Shown here in pieces: positions 8,301-17,171 of a DNA stretch of 64,000 nt; position 1 is the first letter of the stretch; each line of letters opens with the position of its first letter. Under the pieces are notes generated by a model that saw only the letters and a program-made list of their open reading frames with translations, had not been told where the DNA came from and searched no databases. The position numbers were made by a program, and so were the translations under genes. The stretch is from Rickettsia typhi (GTDB lineage: Bacteria > Pseudomonadota > Alphaproteobacteria > Rickettsiales > UBA1997), in the NCBI GenBank assembly GCA_945862455.1, contig CAMAXU010000003.1, forward strand, positions 419-64,418, given 5' to 3'.

Positions 8301-11172
8301 CATTTTTCTCGGTTTGCATCCTTACTTCATTGACAATGCATTCATTATTAAGTTGCGAACATTCTTCGCGTTGAACGCAAAGATTATATGATTCGGTCGT
8401 GGAGCTACAGGTTGGAATATTAACATCACTATTAGTCAATTTTATTTCTGCGCTACAGGCATCATCAACTGTGCAACTATTATCAATTCCATTAGCACCA
8501 AATCCACCTAAGTAACGAATTATAATAGAGGAATTGCTGTAAGTGCTTGCTGGGTCGAGAGAAAGCAGTATTTTTTTAGGACCCGTTTCTGGCAATGGTG
8601 ATGTAGCAGTATTGTTAATTTCCGGTAAAATTCTATCAACGCATCCGATTCTCATTGGGTTAAGGTATGTGCCGTTAATGTCTTTAATTTTACGGTAAAG
8701 GCAGAAAATTGGTTTTGATCCTGCATCATCATATTCTTTGCGTACAAAAGTTTCTAAAGAATAGGTAGCATTATTTACAGTGGTGCTTATTGTAGCGCTA
8801 CCATTAGAATCGCCACCAGTATTTTCATATCCGGTATATCCTATACCTAAACTAAGTTTTTTTGTAGTGGCGCCAAATTGAACAGTAATTTCTGGATAGT
8901 GGAAATCAGTCGGTCCATATTGTTCACTAGTTGCGTTAGAAATTGAGCCACCACGAACTATAGAAGAATTTAGAATATAAAGTGGCGGAGTAAAAAGTTT
9001 CAAAGAATTTGTAATATTTGCTAAATTAGAAAAACGAGGCGTGCCAATTCTTAATGCAGTTTTGATACATTCTTGCTCTGGAAATAATTGCCCGTCTTTA
9101 TCTAAATATCCCCTTACCGCGCTACCTGATGGTCGATTATTTTTAATATAAGGAATATGGTTTGATCCACCAAGCTTGATGGCTCGCCATTTTGTGGCTT
9201 CAGATTTGTTGTCAAAAGAACTTTTGCCACCATCGCATGATCCATCAGATTTGCGCAAGCCGGAAATACAAGTTCCATCACTTAATTTTTCAGAAGCATC
9301 AAGAAAATTCAAGGGATTGGAGTCTGGATAGGCTAATTGTCCTTTAACATCAAGGAAAGTACAAATTCGGTTATCGGGATATTTCACCGCTCTGATTCTA
9401 AGATAATTATCAATAATACTAGCGCATTTTTTGTTGTTAGCATTGGGATTTTGGGGATTTTGAAACATATCATTATTCATCATACATTCAGTTGGGGCAG
9501 TATCGGTTACGCTAAGTTCGCGACAAACGTCATAGCCGCAAACCTGATTTCTACAGACGTCAAATGCGCAACTAATACCGCATTCACGGGAACCACAGGT
9601 TTCAGATTTGCCGTCATCGGGACGCATTGCATTTTTAAAGCGCAAACAAACAACTAATTTATGGGTTCCAGAATTCTTAGTAAAGGTAGTTGAAACATAA
9701 CCTTTGTGGTAGGCAGTGTAATCAGAAACATTGGAATATAAGCTTCCACCGTTGCCGCAAAGATAAATATAACCATTGCCGCGGGAACCATCACGAATAC
9801 CACCACACAGACCAGGAGATCTGGTCTGGTCTGGTGATAAATAAGAATGATAATATCCCAGATCAATTGTTCCTAAAGGTTCCAAATCAATTCTCGGATG
9901 TGCACCCCAACCAAAGCTGTCCATTTGTGATTTACTATAACATAAACTACTATTCATGTTTCTCAATATTCCGCTATTATTAGTTGATTTATTCATCGGC
10001 TGAGGTCTATAAAACCATGAATTCATGGTATCAGAATTTGAGCCAATTGTTCCGTCATCAGATGGAGTTGAGGTTATGCATTCGGGTTGGGAGTTATTGG
10101 AAGATTGATTGCAATCAATTGTAAGATAACAATAGCTATTGGCGCAAGTTGCTCCTGCTCCGCTTGAATCACAAGAATTATTTCTTACCGTAGGTGTAGT
10201 GGCTTCATTTGGGGTGCAGCGATATTGTCTTTTTATGACCGGTTTGCAAGTAACAGCTGAACAAATCCCTGTTCCTAAGTCATAATTGGCATTAACATAT
10301 CTTTTATAATCTGCGACGTAAGATGTTCCTTGATTGGTAATATTTAAAGTATCATCAGTTCCACAAGTGGAAGATGAAGGAGGGCAATTGTGAATTTTGC
10401 ATGTGGTGTTTAAAACCATGTAAGGTAATTGTGCCTGAGTGAATTTATAGCATTTTAAAGTTGAGCCATCTGTAGCGGTATCGCCATTACAATATTTTTT
10501 TGGTATGTAAGATGAGTTTTCTGTCACTTTATCGAATTCTTTTTTAAATTTTGAATCATTTAGCTCATCAGGAGTCAATAAATTACAAGGAAGTAAATCA
10601 CAATTTACAGTTGGAGATGGTGAGCTAGTTTGATGACAGCTTCTACCAATAGAATTAGAAGTAGTTACAGTTATGCCTGATTCCGGAGTATCTTTAAATC
10701 TGATGCAATCGCGATTATGTACGGCATAATCAACGCCTCTGATATTTTGGGGTTCGCGGCTTGGATTAGGATCGGTAAAAGATGCGTCACTACATTCTCT
10801 AACGCAATTTTTTCCAGGATTAGCGGTGTTACCAGAGTCAATATCGCTGCATAAAGGCAAGTCGGACAAGTCAGCACAATTATAGCGGTGAATTTGACCG
10901 GAAGTTAAAACATAGGCTGAACTGACGGCATAAGAAGCGCTTGGAATTGTTTGGCAAAGTGGCTTTCCAAAAAATCCGCAACCACCATTTGCAGTGTCAG
11001 CGTAACCTGGTTTTGGAGTTCCTGCAACATTGGCGCAATCAGGAAGAGTAATGGAATGAGTTTGGGGAGAATAGAAAAAAAGTGAAATCCCGAAAATTAA
11101 AACGCCAAAACCCGACAAGCGTTTTGCAGCTTTTATGAATTTAGCGATTTTTTCAGGATTTATATAATTCAT
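5380..11172 (-). CDS. Giant secreted cysteine-rich protein (~1,930 aa), function unknown
   Basis: The 5,955-nt ORF is trimmed to the ATG at 11172 (MNYINPEKIAKFIKAAKRLSGFGVLIFGISLFFYS = basic n-region plus hydrophobic core). The upstream 54 codons overlap murD and look non-coding. About 92 Cys by manual count, rich in S/T/N/G, with repeated C..G[FY]...C...G.W....C modules in the C-terminal third. Confidence 0.8.
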   Translation of the reverse strand: MNYINPEKIAKFIKAAKRLSGFGVLIFGISLFFYSPQTHSITLPDCANVAGTPKPGYADTANGGCGFFGKPLCQTIPSASYAVSSAYVLTSGQIHRYNCADLSDLPLCSDIDSGNTANPGKNCVRECSDASFTDPNPSREPQNIRGVDYAVHNRDCIRFKDTPESGITVTTSNSIGRSCHQTSSPSPTVNCDLLPCNLLTPDELNDSKFKKEFDKVTENSSYIPKKYCNGDTATDGSTLKCYKFTQAQLPYMVLNTTCKIHNCPPSSSTCGTDDTLNITNQGTSYVADYKRYVNANYDLGTGICSAVTCKPVIKRQYRCTPNEATTPTVRNNSCDSSGAGATCANSYCYLTIDCNQSSNNSQPECITSTPSDDGTIGSNSDTMNSWFYRPQPMNKSTNNSGILRNMNSSLCYSKSQMDSFGWGAHPRIDLEPLGTIDLGYYHSYLSPDQTRSPGLCGGIRDGSRGNGYIYLCGNGGSLYSNVSDYTAYHKGYVSTTFTKNSGTHKLVVCLRFKNAMRPDDGKSETCGSRECGISCAFDVCRNQVCGYDVCRELSVTDTAPTECMMNNDMFQNPQNPNANNKKCASIIDNYLRIRAVKYPDNRICTFLDVKGQLAYPDSNPLNFLDASEKLSDGTCISGLRKSDGSCDGGKSSFDNKSEATKWRAIKLGGSNHIPYIKNNRPSGSAVRGYLDKDGQLFPEQECIKTALRIGTPRFSNLANITNSLKLFTPPLYILNSSIVRGGSISNATSEQYGPTDFHYPEITVQFGATTKKLSLGIGYTGYENTGGDSNGSATISTTVNNATYSLETFVRKEYDDAGSKPIFCLYRKIKDINGTYLNPMRIGCVDRILPEINNTATSPLPETGPKKILLSLDPASTYSNSSIIIRYLGGFGANGIDNSCTVDDACSAEIKLTNSDVNIPTCSSTTESYNLCVQREECSQLNNECIVNEVRMQTEKNAGRSIDSYLAVRKNCNEILLPLCNKKKGNTTSDTSTITNTNLSAAATGNYYGWFNEICVSSGFATKLRNIIAYKMTDGTRGKCLVANPSSCPEGGKTPNCKCIDYIDGTTLADNQIARTETLHEAGLCVTMPVPQICSAIDYNTTANTSNPSDPDFTQSSLGYSTYGASSSVTSNVVHISHQLRSAGTGHAEFPLGVFGMSDIEGTCTGFWRPAKNGAGVVTPPKRSCLNVNGAAQWDAAVTNPCIRYTCDEVSTTGPDATGLYQGGYGALEVNEATYQSLSALSGTRGSGHGFATWTSYTKANDFLETPTSPNPFVSCITGFKRTGSTSTNTGSKVATPLVPGGPFFGPIQDYTGGTTPTRSCNQLGQWGTVTNACVRIQCPAINPPSNPSSTSDWQQWYNSGGATFPTTNASRSPLRIQTESVATGSCGGGNQSLGFFRVNQTSSDPNSGINPTRNCDHMGNWGPVINPCTTQCDATITTSPGSGMAYWNKVIGVPLNGQVDGVITTASGNDGCESDYYPYPYQALNDKDGTPFTISNSGPYRTDSGANSALRTIPTNLANDTRAVETRPQRVCRSVIITNGTANVWSTTSSSCINKCIGYSVNSDTGVGSGDSRIGAGRTQHLISANDGTNSGLTLTVNWPDTNFGVTAYITNPILTGQNAVHYQRDRLGASSGVGYYALARKCNEITHKWDDVVPQCVANNGMIVDDNGTVTSSDDIDSNANYDTTNHYVPLGSSPTTSSCKSGYVESDYIDSTNKSAITNYTCSYASNGLNYIDQLYFDAIENSGKKCIKYCNKNDIPSGQTYFGNTYIAAGTTITLNCASGYGKAVDGGTSGSYDNSCGRNAYDRTDISPTITCSASGSWGSVSNACSACRGCSRGTASNPNGVRTSYERDISGCDKYRTLYVHFNSNCVSSSLNHYQTYTCKESNHDSVDNGFGCKRNWNMYGDFEVKCIDNALILNSAGCTGMCP

Positions 11173-12538
11173 CAAAAAGCTTACAGAAGTAGTCTCCGCG
11201 TTGTTCAAAATTTTTCCATTGATCAAAAGACGCGCAAGCCGGTGAAAGTAAAATGTTCTTTTCAGATAAGCTAATATTTTTTGCATCAAAAAATGCTTTT
11301 TTAAAAGCACTCTCCAAATCACCGCATTTTTCAAAAGCGACGGAATTTTCTTTTAAGGTTTTAGCAAATTCTTCGCTGGCATCGCCAATTAAATAAGCTT
11401 TATGAATTTTATGAAAAAATGGTGTTAAAATTGCAATGCCACCTTCTTTGGATTTGCCGCCTAAAATCCAGAAAATTTTATCATAAGCTTTTAATGCATT
11501 TTCGGTTGATTCAGCATTAGTTGCTTTGCTGTCATTAATAAATTTGATGCCATCAATTTCACCAAGCAATTGCAAACGATGACGCAAGCCACGGAATTTT
11601 TTGATGGCAGAAATTATTTTTTCTTCATCGCATTTTTGTGAATTTCTGAGAAAATGACAGTAAGTTATGGCAAAAGCAAAAGCCATATTTTGGTTATTAT
11701 GTTCGCCGCGCAGGAAATCAGATTTTAATTCTAAAAATGAGTTAGAGCCTTTGATTTTGTTATATAAATTGCCACCAAAAAGTGTGACACCATTTTCCTG
11801 AATTTTTTTGGTCGAAATCGGAACTAAACTAGCATGAAAATTTTTATCTTTTTTTAATTCATCGTAAACTTTTTTGGAATTTTCATTATCCACGTCAATT
11901 AAAGCAAAATCATCAACGATTTGGTTTTGAAAAATTCTTTTTTTTACTTCAATATAATTCGCAAGCGAGCCGTGGCGATCAATATGATCTGGCGTGATAT
12001 TTAAAAGTGCGGCGACTTTGAAATGTGACTGCCCAAAAAGATCAAGTTGGTAAGAAGAAGTTTCAAAAATATAAGAAAATTTTTTCTGATTTTGAGGTAA
12101 ATCAAAACAAGGAATACCAATATTGCCGCCAATTTCTGAAGCAATTTCAAGTTCTTTAAAAATAAAACCGCTTAATGCTGTGGTTGTTGATTTGCCGTTA
12201 GTTCCAGTGATGGCGATGAAATTATTATTTTGGCAATTTTTGCGATAAAAAATTTCTAGATCGCAAGCTAAAGTAGCGCCAGTTTTTTGACAGATTTCTA
12301 AAATTTTATGCGGTTGCGGGTAATAAAGTGGAATGCCGGGAGAAAATACTATTACAGTGTCTTTGTCATATTTAATTTCATCTGCTTTGGCAAATTTGAT
12401 GTGAGGGTTTTTGGTGCTAGCATTAACAAGTGATTTTTCATTGTCGTCGGTTGCAATAACTTCTTCGCCATTTTGGGCGAGAAAATTTACTGTAGAAATT
12501 CCGGAAATTCCCAGACCGTAAACAACGTATTTTGTCAT
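11153..12538 (-). CDS. murD: UDP-N-acetylmuramoylalanine--D-glutamate ligase
   Basis: 461 aa. Mur ligase P-loop GTNGKSTT, typical MurD N-terminus (GLGISG) and length. Confidence 0.9.
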   Translation of the reverse strand: MTKYVVYGLGISGISTVNFLAQNGEEVIATDDNEKSLVNASTKNPHIKFAKADEIKYDKDTVIVFSPGIPLYYPQPHKILEICQKTGATLACDLEIFYRKNCQNNNFIAITGTNGKSTTTALSGFIFKELEIASEIGGNIGIPCFDLPQNQKKFSYIFETSSYQLDLFGQSHFKVAALLNITPDHIDRHGSLANYIEVKKRIFQNQIVDDFALIDVDNENSKKVYDELKKDKNFHASLVPISTKKIQENGVTLFGGNLYNKIKGSNSFLELKSDFLRGEHNNQNMAFAFAITYCHFLRNSQKCDEEKIISAIKKFRGLRHRLQLLGEIDGIKFINDSKATNAESTENALKAYDKIFWILGGKSKEGGIAILTPFFHKIHKAYLIGDASEEFAKTLKENSVAFEKCGDLESAFKKAFFDAKNISLSEKNILLSPACASFDQWKNFEQRGDYFCKLFDELYKS

Positions 12539-12657
12539 ATATCTGAAATTAAATTGTCTTTTATCCCTTCGGGATACGGAAACGCGACACGAGTCTCGCC
12601 CCGCTTTGCGGCGATCCCCATCCCTTATGTCTATGGGACATACGGGATTAAGTTTGA

Positions 12658-13299
12658 TTAAGCGCGCAATTTTTTAATCGCACCAGCGTAATCTCCAGAA
12701 CCAAAAATATAAGATCCTGAAACTAAAACATCAGCTCCAGCTGAAGCTGCGATTTTAGAAGTTTCTTCATTAATTCCGCCATCAACTTCTAACTCAATTT
12801 TTTTGCCGATTTTATCAATTTTTTTCCGCAAATTTTCAATTTTTCTTAATTGCGAAGATAAAAATTTCTGCCCGCCAAATCCGGGATTAACGGTCATCAC
12901 CAAAATTAAATCGAGTTTTTCTAAAACATAATCCAAAACATCTTCATGAGTTGAAGGAACAATCGAAACCCCAACTTTTTTGCCGAAAGATTTAATCAAA
13001 TCAAGTGAGCGATCCAAGTGAATTGAAGCTTCCGCATGAATTGTGATAATATCAGAACCAGCGTCAGCAAAGGCTTTAATGTGATTATCGGGATTATTAA
13101 TCATTAAATGAACATCAAAAGGCAGCGCAGTTTTTTTACGCAGATTTTTTACAACTTCATTTCCAATTGTGATATTGGGAACAAAGCTTCCATCCATTAC
13201 ATCGAGATGAATGTAGTCAGCGCCAGCTTTTTCAATGTTTTGGATTTCTTCTCCGAGGCGTGAGAAATCAGCGGAGAGAATGGAAGGAGAAATTTTCAT
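12658..13299 (-). CDS. rpe: Ribulose-phosphate 3-epimerase
   Basis: 213 aa. SILSADF, HLDVMDGSFVPN and MTVNPGFGGQKF motifs. Confidence 0.92.
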   Translation of the reverse strand: MKISPSILSADFSRLGEEIQNIEKAGADYIHLDVMDGSFVPNITIGNEVVKNLRKKTALPFDVHLMINNPDNHIKAFADAGSDIITIHAEASIHLDRSLDLIKSFGKKVGVSIVPSTHEDVLDYVLEKLDLILVMTVNPGFGGQKFLSSQLRKIENLRKKIDKIGKKIELEVDGGINEETSKIAASAGADVLVSGSYIFGSGDYAGAIKKLRA

Positions 13300-13309
13300 A
13301 GATTTAGAA

Positions 13310-13735
13310 TTATTTGTTCTTACAGCTTAGAGCTGTCAAATCGTAGATCGGATGTTCTAATCCTGAAATTGAAGGGCTTGAGGCAAACATCCAACCGTAA
13401 AAAATTCTTTTTGGATTTTCACCGGATTTATTTTCAAAAACTTCTAACAAAATTTTGCTTTCCGGTTTTTGATCGAGAGATGATTGCCAGCATTTATGAG
13501 CTATGATTGAAATTTGACCGAAATTAATTTTTTCTTCAATGCGAATTTCTATTAGTGAAGATTTGGCGGTAGTTTTATTCATTCCTTGAATTACGGCGGT
13601 GTTGTAGAAGCGCGAAGGATCTGCTTTATCTACAATATTTAATTCAGGCTCTTCAAGTTTTGTTGTTTCTTGCGCTGTAGCAATCGAAGAAAAAAAGCTA
13701 CAAATTAGAAATACAGAAAAAATTTTATTTTTCAT
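13310..13735 (-). CDS. DUF2155-family periplasmic protein
   Basis: Start trimmed to MKNKIFSVFLICSFF (signal peptide). The conserved C-terminal FYGWMFASSPSISGLEHPIYD matches alphaproteobacterial DUF2155. It sits in the conserved NDUFA12-like/mlaD/DUF2155 synteny. Confidence 0.75.
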   Translation of the reverse strand: MKNKIFSVFLICSFFSSIATAQETTKLEEPELNIVDKADPSRFYNTAVIQGMNKTTAKSSLIEIRIEEKINFGQISIIAHKCWQSSLDQKPESKILLEVFENKSGENPKRIFYGWMFASSPSISGLEHPIYDLTALSCKNK

Positions 13736-14210
13736 TTTCCTCAACTTTTTTATTATTGTTTTTATCATTACTGCTGAAAATAAATTTTCCTAAAAGATCT
13801 TCAAAATTTAATGAAGATTGAGTGAATTGAATTTCTTCGCCTTCTTTTAAAAAATCTTCATCGCCACCGGGCGTAATTGAAAGATATTTTGAACCCAGCA
13901 AACCTTCAGATGAAACTTTGGCGGAACTATCGGTGGGAATTTTCAGGTTTGGATCAATCTTAATTTTTAAAGTGGCACGAAAATCTTTTTCATCAAGAAA
14001 CTGATTTTCAACTGTACCGATTTTTACACCAGAAATTTTGACATCGCTGCCGCTGACAAGGCCATCAATATTTTCAAATTTTGCAATTAAATGATAACCG
14101 CCAATACCACTTACTTTAGCGCTTTTAAGAGAGTTGAATAGAAAAAAAGCTGCGCATCCTAAAACAAAAGTTCCAACGATTATTTCGAAATAATTATTTG
14201 CTTTGTACAT
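13725..14210 (-). CDS. mlaD: Outer-membrane lipid asymmetry protein MlaD (MCE domain)
   Basis: 161 aa with an N-terminal TM helix and an MCE-domain pattern (GLVSGSDVKISGVKIGTV). Confidence 0.8.
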   Translation of the reverse strand: MYKANNYFEIIVGTFVLGCAAFFLFNSLKSAKVSGIGGYHLIAKFENIDGLVSGSDVKISGVKIGTVENQFLDEKDFRATLKIKIDPNLKIPTDSSAKVSSEGLLGSKYLSITPGGDEDFLKEGEEIQFTQSSLNFEDLLGKFIFSSNDKNNNKKVEENEK

Positions 14211-14222
14211 AGAAATGATTGC

Positions 14223-14549
14223 TTAATTGTTGGGATTCCACGCTTCATATTCAGCATTGGTTTTTTTTACTATAGAATTTTTCGGTGAGTGAGCGCCTTT
14301 GGTTCCGGTTAAATTTGGTAAGTGAATTTTTTGCCAAGAAAAGCGGTGTGTGTTAATATTTACCGGTACGATGTTTGTGCTGTAATGAATCCAGCCATGC
14401 CATTCTGATGGGATTTTCGAAGGTTCAGCAATTCCTTTGTAAGCTACAAATCTTTTGCCGCGTTTATTTTGAAAATACTCGTTTCCAAATTCATCGTTGC
14501 CTATTTTTTGGCAAGAAAATTTAATATAAAAATTATTGAGAAAGTTCAT
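14223..14549 (-). CDS. NDUFA12-like (NADH:ubiquinone oxidoreductase subunit 17.2-related) protein
   Basis: 108 aa. GNDEFGNEYF...RFV.Y and IPSEWHGWIHY motifs typical of alphaproteobacterial NDUFA12 homologues. Confidence 0.75.
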   Translation of the reverse strand: MNFLNNFYIKFSCQKIGNDEFGNEYFQNKRGKRFVAYKGIAEPSKIPSEWHGWIHYSTNIVPVNINTHRFSWQKIHLPNLTGTKGAHSPKNSIVKKTNAEYEAWNPNN

Positions 14550-14740
14550 TTTTCCTGATTTGTTTATTTTTAATAACCTATGCGCAACTTAAGAAAGCGG
14601 GTTTCAAAAATCAAAGTGAAATTTACACCTTTAATCTGTTTAAAAAGATTTTTTCGTTTAAAGCTTTTTTAAGTTTGTCTTTTGAAAAGAATAATGAAAA
14701 AATCTTCTAACTTTTATTTTCAAAAATTAATTTTTCCAAA

Positions 14741-16858
14741 GTGCAAAAATTTTATACTGCCTCAAAAGCTTTTCTGACGCTTATTGCCGTAGTTTTTTTT
14801 ATTTTTAGTTTTGATGTCGCAGCAAAAGACATGCGTCCAGTTTCACAAAAATTATGGCAGGGAATTACCGCAGAAGATCTAGAAAATATCAAACAAATCA
14901 CTCTATCTATTAATCGTAACGATTATGAGGAAGCCTTAAAATATGCCCAAAAATTGCAAAAATCCCAAGCTCAATTAGTGGTTCAAGAACAAAGTCAAAT
15001 CATTAAAACCAAGCCCGATTTTTCAGAGGCAGCTACTGACATTATTTTATGGAATAAATATAGTGGGAAAATTGATTCGAAAAATATTTCCTTCAGCGAT
15101 ATTTCACGTTTTGCGGTCGATAATGTTTTTTATCCAAATATCAGCGAATTGCGACGCAATGTTGAGAAAGTAGCAATTGCTAACAATATTTCTTACCAAT
15201 CAAGTGAACAATATTTTAACTCAAATCCGGCGGGAACGACGGAATCGAAAATTTATTTGCTGAAATCAAAAATTAACTTTTTGACTCGTTCTAAACTTAC
15301 AGAAAGCGAAAAGGAAAAAGCGCGCCTCGAAATTCATGCTTTGATTTCATTAATTTGGGTAAAAGAAAATTTTACTATGGAAGACGAGAAAATTTTTCTT
15401 GACAAATATCAAGAACAGTTAAGTCAGATTGATCATGTAAACAGAATAGATCGTTTGCTTTGGGACGGCAAGATTGTTGATGCCACGCGCATCATGAACT
15501 TTGTTGACAAAGATTACCAAAAACTTTTTTCCGCTGTAATCGAATTACAAAATTCTCCGAAATATATTGATAAAATTGTGCTAGAAGCGCCTCGCAAATT
15601 AAGGTCGAATGAAGGTTTAACTTATCGCCGAGTTTTGTGGTATAAATCAAAAGATAAAGTCGACGATCTTTTAGATTTAATGAAAGATTTAACTCCAAAA
15701 TCAAGATTCCCGGAAAAATGGTGGAGCTTGCGCCGACTTTATGGACGCGAGATGATCAAGCAAAAAAAATTCAAAATCGCTTATAATTTAATTGCCAACC
15801 ATAATTTACCAACTACATCTTCTGATTATTGGGAAGCTGAATGGACGGCAGGTTGGATTGCGCTGCGTTTCATGGATGAGCCAAAAGTTGGTTACGCGCA
15901 TTTTGAAAATCTTTATAAAAATGTAACTCAACCCGTAACAATTTCGCGCGCTACTTATTGGCTGGGAATGGCTGCAGATGCGATGGGTGAAAAGCAAAAA
16001 GCAATTGAATGGTATAAAATGTCGGCAAAATATCCGATATTTTTCTACGGTCAGCTTGGCATTCACAAGCATCGCCTGCTTGATGATTTGGGTGCGCAAG
16101 ATGATATTATTTTGCCAAAAGATCCAGAAATTACTGCACGCGATCTAAAGAAAATTTCTGAAAATAAAGCGGCGCAAGTAGCTTATTTGCTTGCTTTAAC
16201 TGGAGACAAAACTGCGGCCGGAAAAATATTTGAATGGGTTGTAAGTAACGCCAGCAGTGATGGACAAATTGCAGTGGTGATGAAATTGATTAATGAAATT
16301 GGTGATCGCCAACTTGACGCAAAAATCTCAAGAGTTGCTGCCAAGAAAAATGTCTTTTTCATCAAAGATAAATTCCAGATTGTTAAAGAAATTATAAATG
16401 ATGAATATGCGCCTTTGGTTCATGCAATTGTTAAGCAAGAAAGTGGTTTTGCGCCTACAGCTGTAAGTCAAGTTGGCGCTCTTGGTTTTATGCAGTTAAT
16501 GCCGGGAACTGCAAAATTAGTGGCTAAAGATATTGGTATTCCTTACGACAAAGTAAAACTTTCCAGTGACATTAAATATAACGTGCGTCTTGGTTCACAT
16601 TATATCAAAAAATTGATTGATCGTTTTGATGGTTCCGAAATGTTGGCAATTGCTTCATATAACGCTGGACCAAATGCGACGCAGCGTTGGATTAATGAAT
16701 TTTATGATCCACGCAAAGAAAAAGATCTTGATAAAGTGGTTGATTGGATTGAACTCATTACTTACTCTGAAACCAGAAACTATGTACAACGCATCATGGA
16801 AAATTTGATTGTTTACAAATATCTGATGTCACGCGCAAATTATGATGCGGTTCAGTAG
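14741..16858 (+). CDS. Soluble lytic murein transglycosylase (Slt70-like)
   Basis: 705 aa with a GTG start and a signal peptide. A superhelical N-terminal region is followed by the C-terminal SLT motif VKQESGF..MQLMPGTA..ASYNAGP. Confidence 0.85.
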   Translation: MQKFYTASKAFLTLIAVVFFIFSFDVAAKDMRPVSQKLWQGITAEDLENIKQITLSINRNDYEEALKYAQKLQKSQAQLVVQEQSQIIKTKPDFSEAATDIILWNKYSGKIDSKNISFSDISRFAVDNVFYPNISELRRNVEKVAIANNISYQSSEQYFNSNPAGTTESKIYLLKSKINFLTRSKLTESEKEKARLEIHALISLIWVKENFTMEDEKIFLDKYQEQLSQIDHVNRIDRLLWDGKIVDATRIMNFVDKDYQKLFSAVIELQNSPKYIDKIVLEAPRKLRSNEGLTYRRVLWYKSKDKVDDLLDLMKDLTPKSRFPEKWWSLRRLYGREMIKQKKFKIAYNLIANHNLPTTSSDYWEAEWTAGWIALRFMDEPKVGYAHFENLYKNVTQPVTISRATYWLGMAADAMGEKQKAIEWYKMSAKYPIFFYGQLGIHKHRLLDDLGAQDDIILPKDPEITARDLKKISENKAAQVAYLLALTGDKTAAGKIFEWVVSNASSDGQIAVVMKLINEIGDRQLDAKISRVAAKKNVFFIKDKFQIVKEIINDEYAPLVHAIVKQESGFAPTAVSQVGALGFMQLMPGTAKLVAKDIGIPYDKVKLSSDIKYNVRLGSHYIKKLIDRFDGSEMLAIASYNAGPNATQRWINEFYDPRKEKDLDKVVDWIELITYSETRNYVQRIMENLIVYKYLMSRANYDAVQ

Positions 16859-16906
16859 ACATTTTATTTTGAATACAGACTCTAGTTAAAACTTATCGAT
16901 CTTCTA

Positions 16907-17069
16907 AGAGCCTGTCCCAAATCTTTTTTAATCCTATATTTCGTCCTATTTTTGCTTATTTTTTGACAAAATTACTCCAAGTATATCCAGATACTCGTCA
17001 TAATTTTGTCAAAAAAGCGCTAAAAATATGCCAAAATCTGGGATTAAAAAAAGATTTAAGACAGGCTCT
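16907..17069. repeat. Family-C palindromic element, full-length copy
   Basis: TIR agagcctgtcccaaatcttttttaatcc / ggattaaaaaaagatttaagacaggctct, with a nested inner palindrome ttttttgacaaaatta...taattttgtcaaaaaa. A mini copy lies at 43408..43454. Confidence 0.85.
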
Positions 17070-17090
17070 AAAAAAATAAAATCTATTGTG

Positions 17091-17169
17091 GATGCGGCGA
17101 TTCACTCGCCGCGAAGCAATTCAAAACAAACCCAAATTTGACGCAAGTCGAATTTGATTAAGTATATAT
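17091..17169 (+). repeat. Family-F leader element, copy directly upstream of the purF ATG
   Basis: ~80 bp, about 93% identical to the reverse complement of 20150..20228. Hairpin 1 is gcggcga-ttcac-tcgccgc. Hairpin 2 is aaatttgac-GCAA-gtcgaattt (GNRA loop). Confidence 0.85.
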
Positions 17170-17171
17170 CT

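Noticed and set aside
11173-11334. A 54-codon N-terminal extension of the giant ORF (MKNAVIWRVLLKKHF...) overlapping the 3' end of murD.
   Set aside because: It lies entirely within the well-supported murD coding frame and has no signal-peptide character. The internal ATG at 11172 is followed immediately by a textbook basic/hydrophobic export signal.
12539-12657. A GC-enriched, hairpin-rich rpe-murD spacer. It shares cgacacgagtc + 10 nt + ttgcgg with 4711..4737, and there is an imperfect inverted repeat at 4661..4680 / 4811..4830 in the uvrD-purE spacer.
   Set aside because: The similarity is limited to 17 nt with fixed spacing, and the arms of the 4.7-kb structure match only about 16 of 20. 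That is too weak to call a repeat family or RNA gene by eye. It is worth a covariance-model or BLASTN check against the full genome.
17091-17171. A known purine-pathway riboswitch (purine, ZTP/pfl, PRPP-ykkC) upstream of purF.
   Set aside because: None of the conserved cores I know (e.g. the ZTP ...CCGCCTGGGC... pseudoknot segment, or the purine three-way junction) is present. The element is instead reported as a novel shared leader/repeat.
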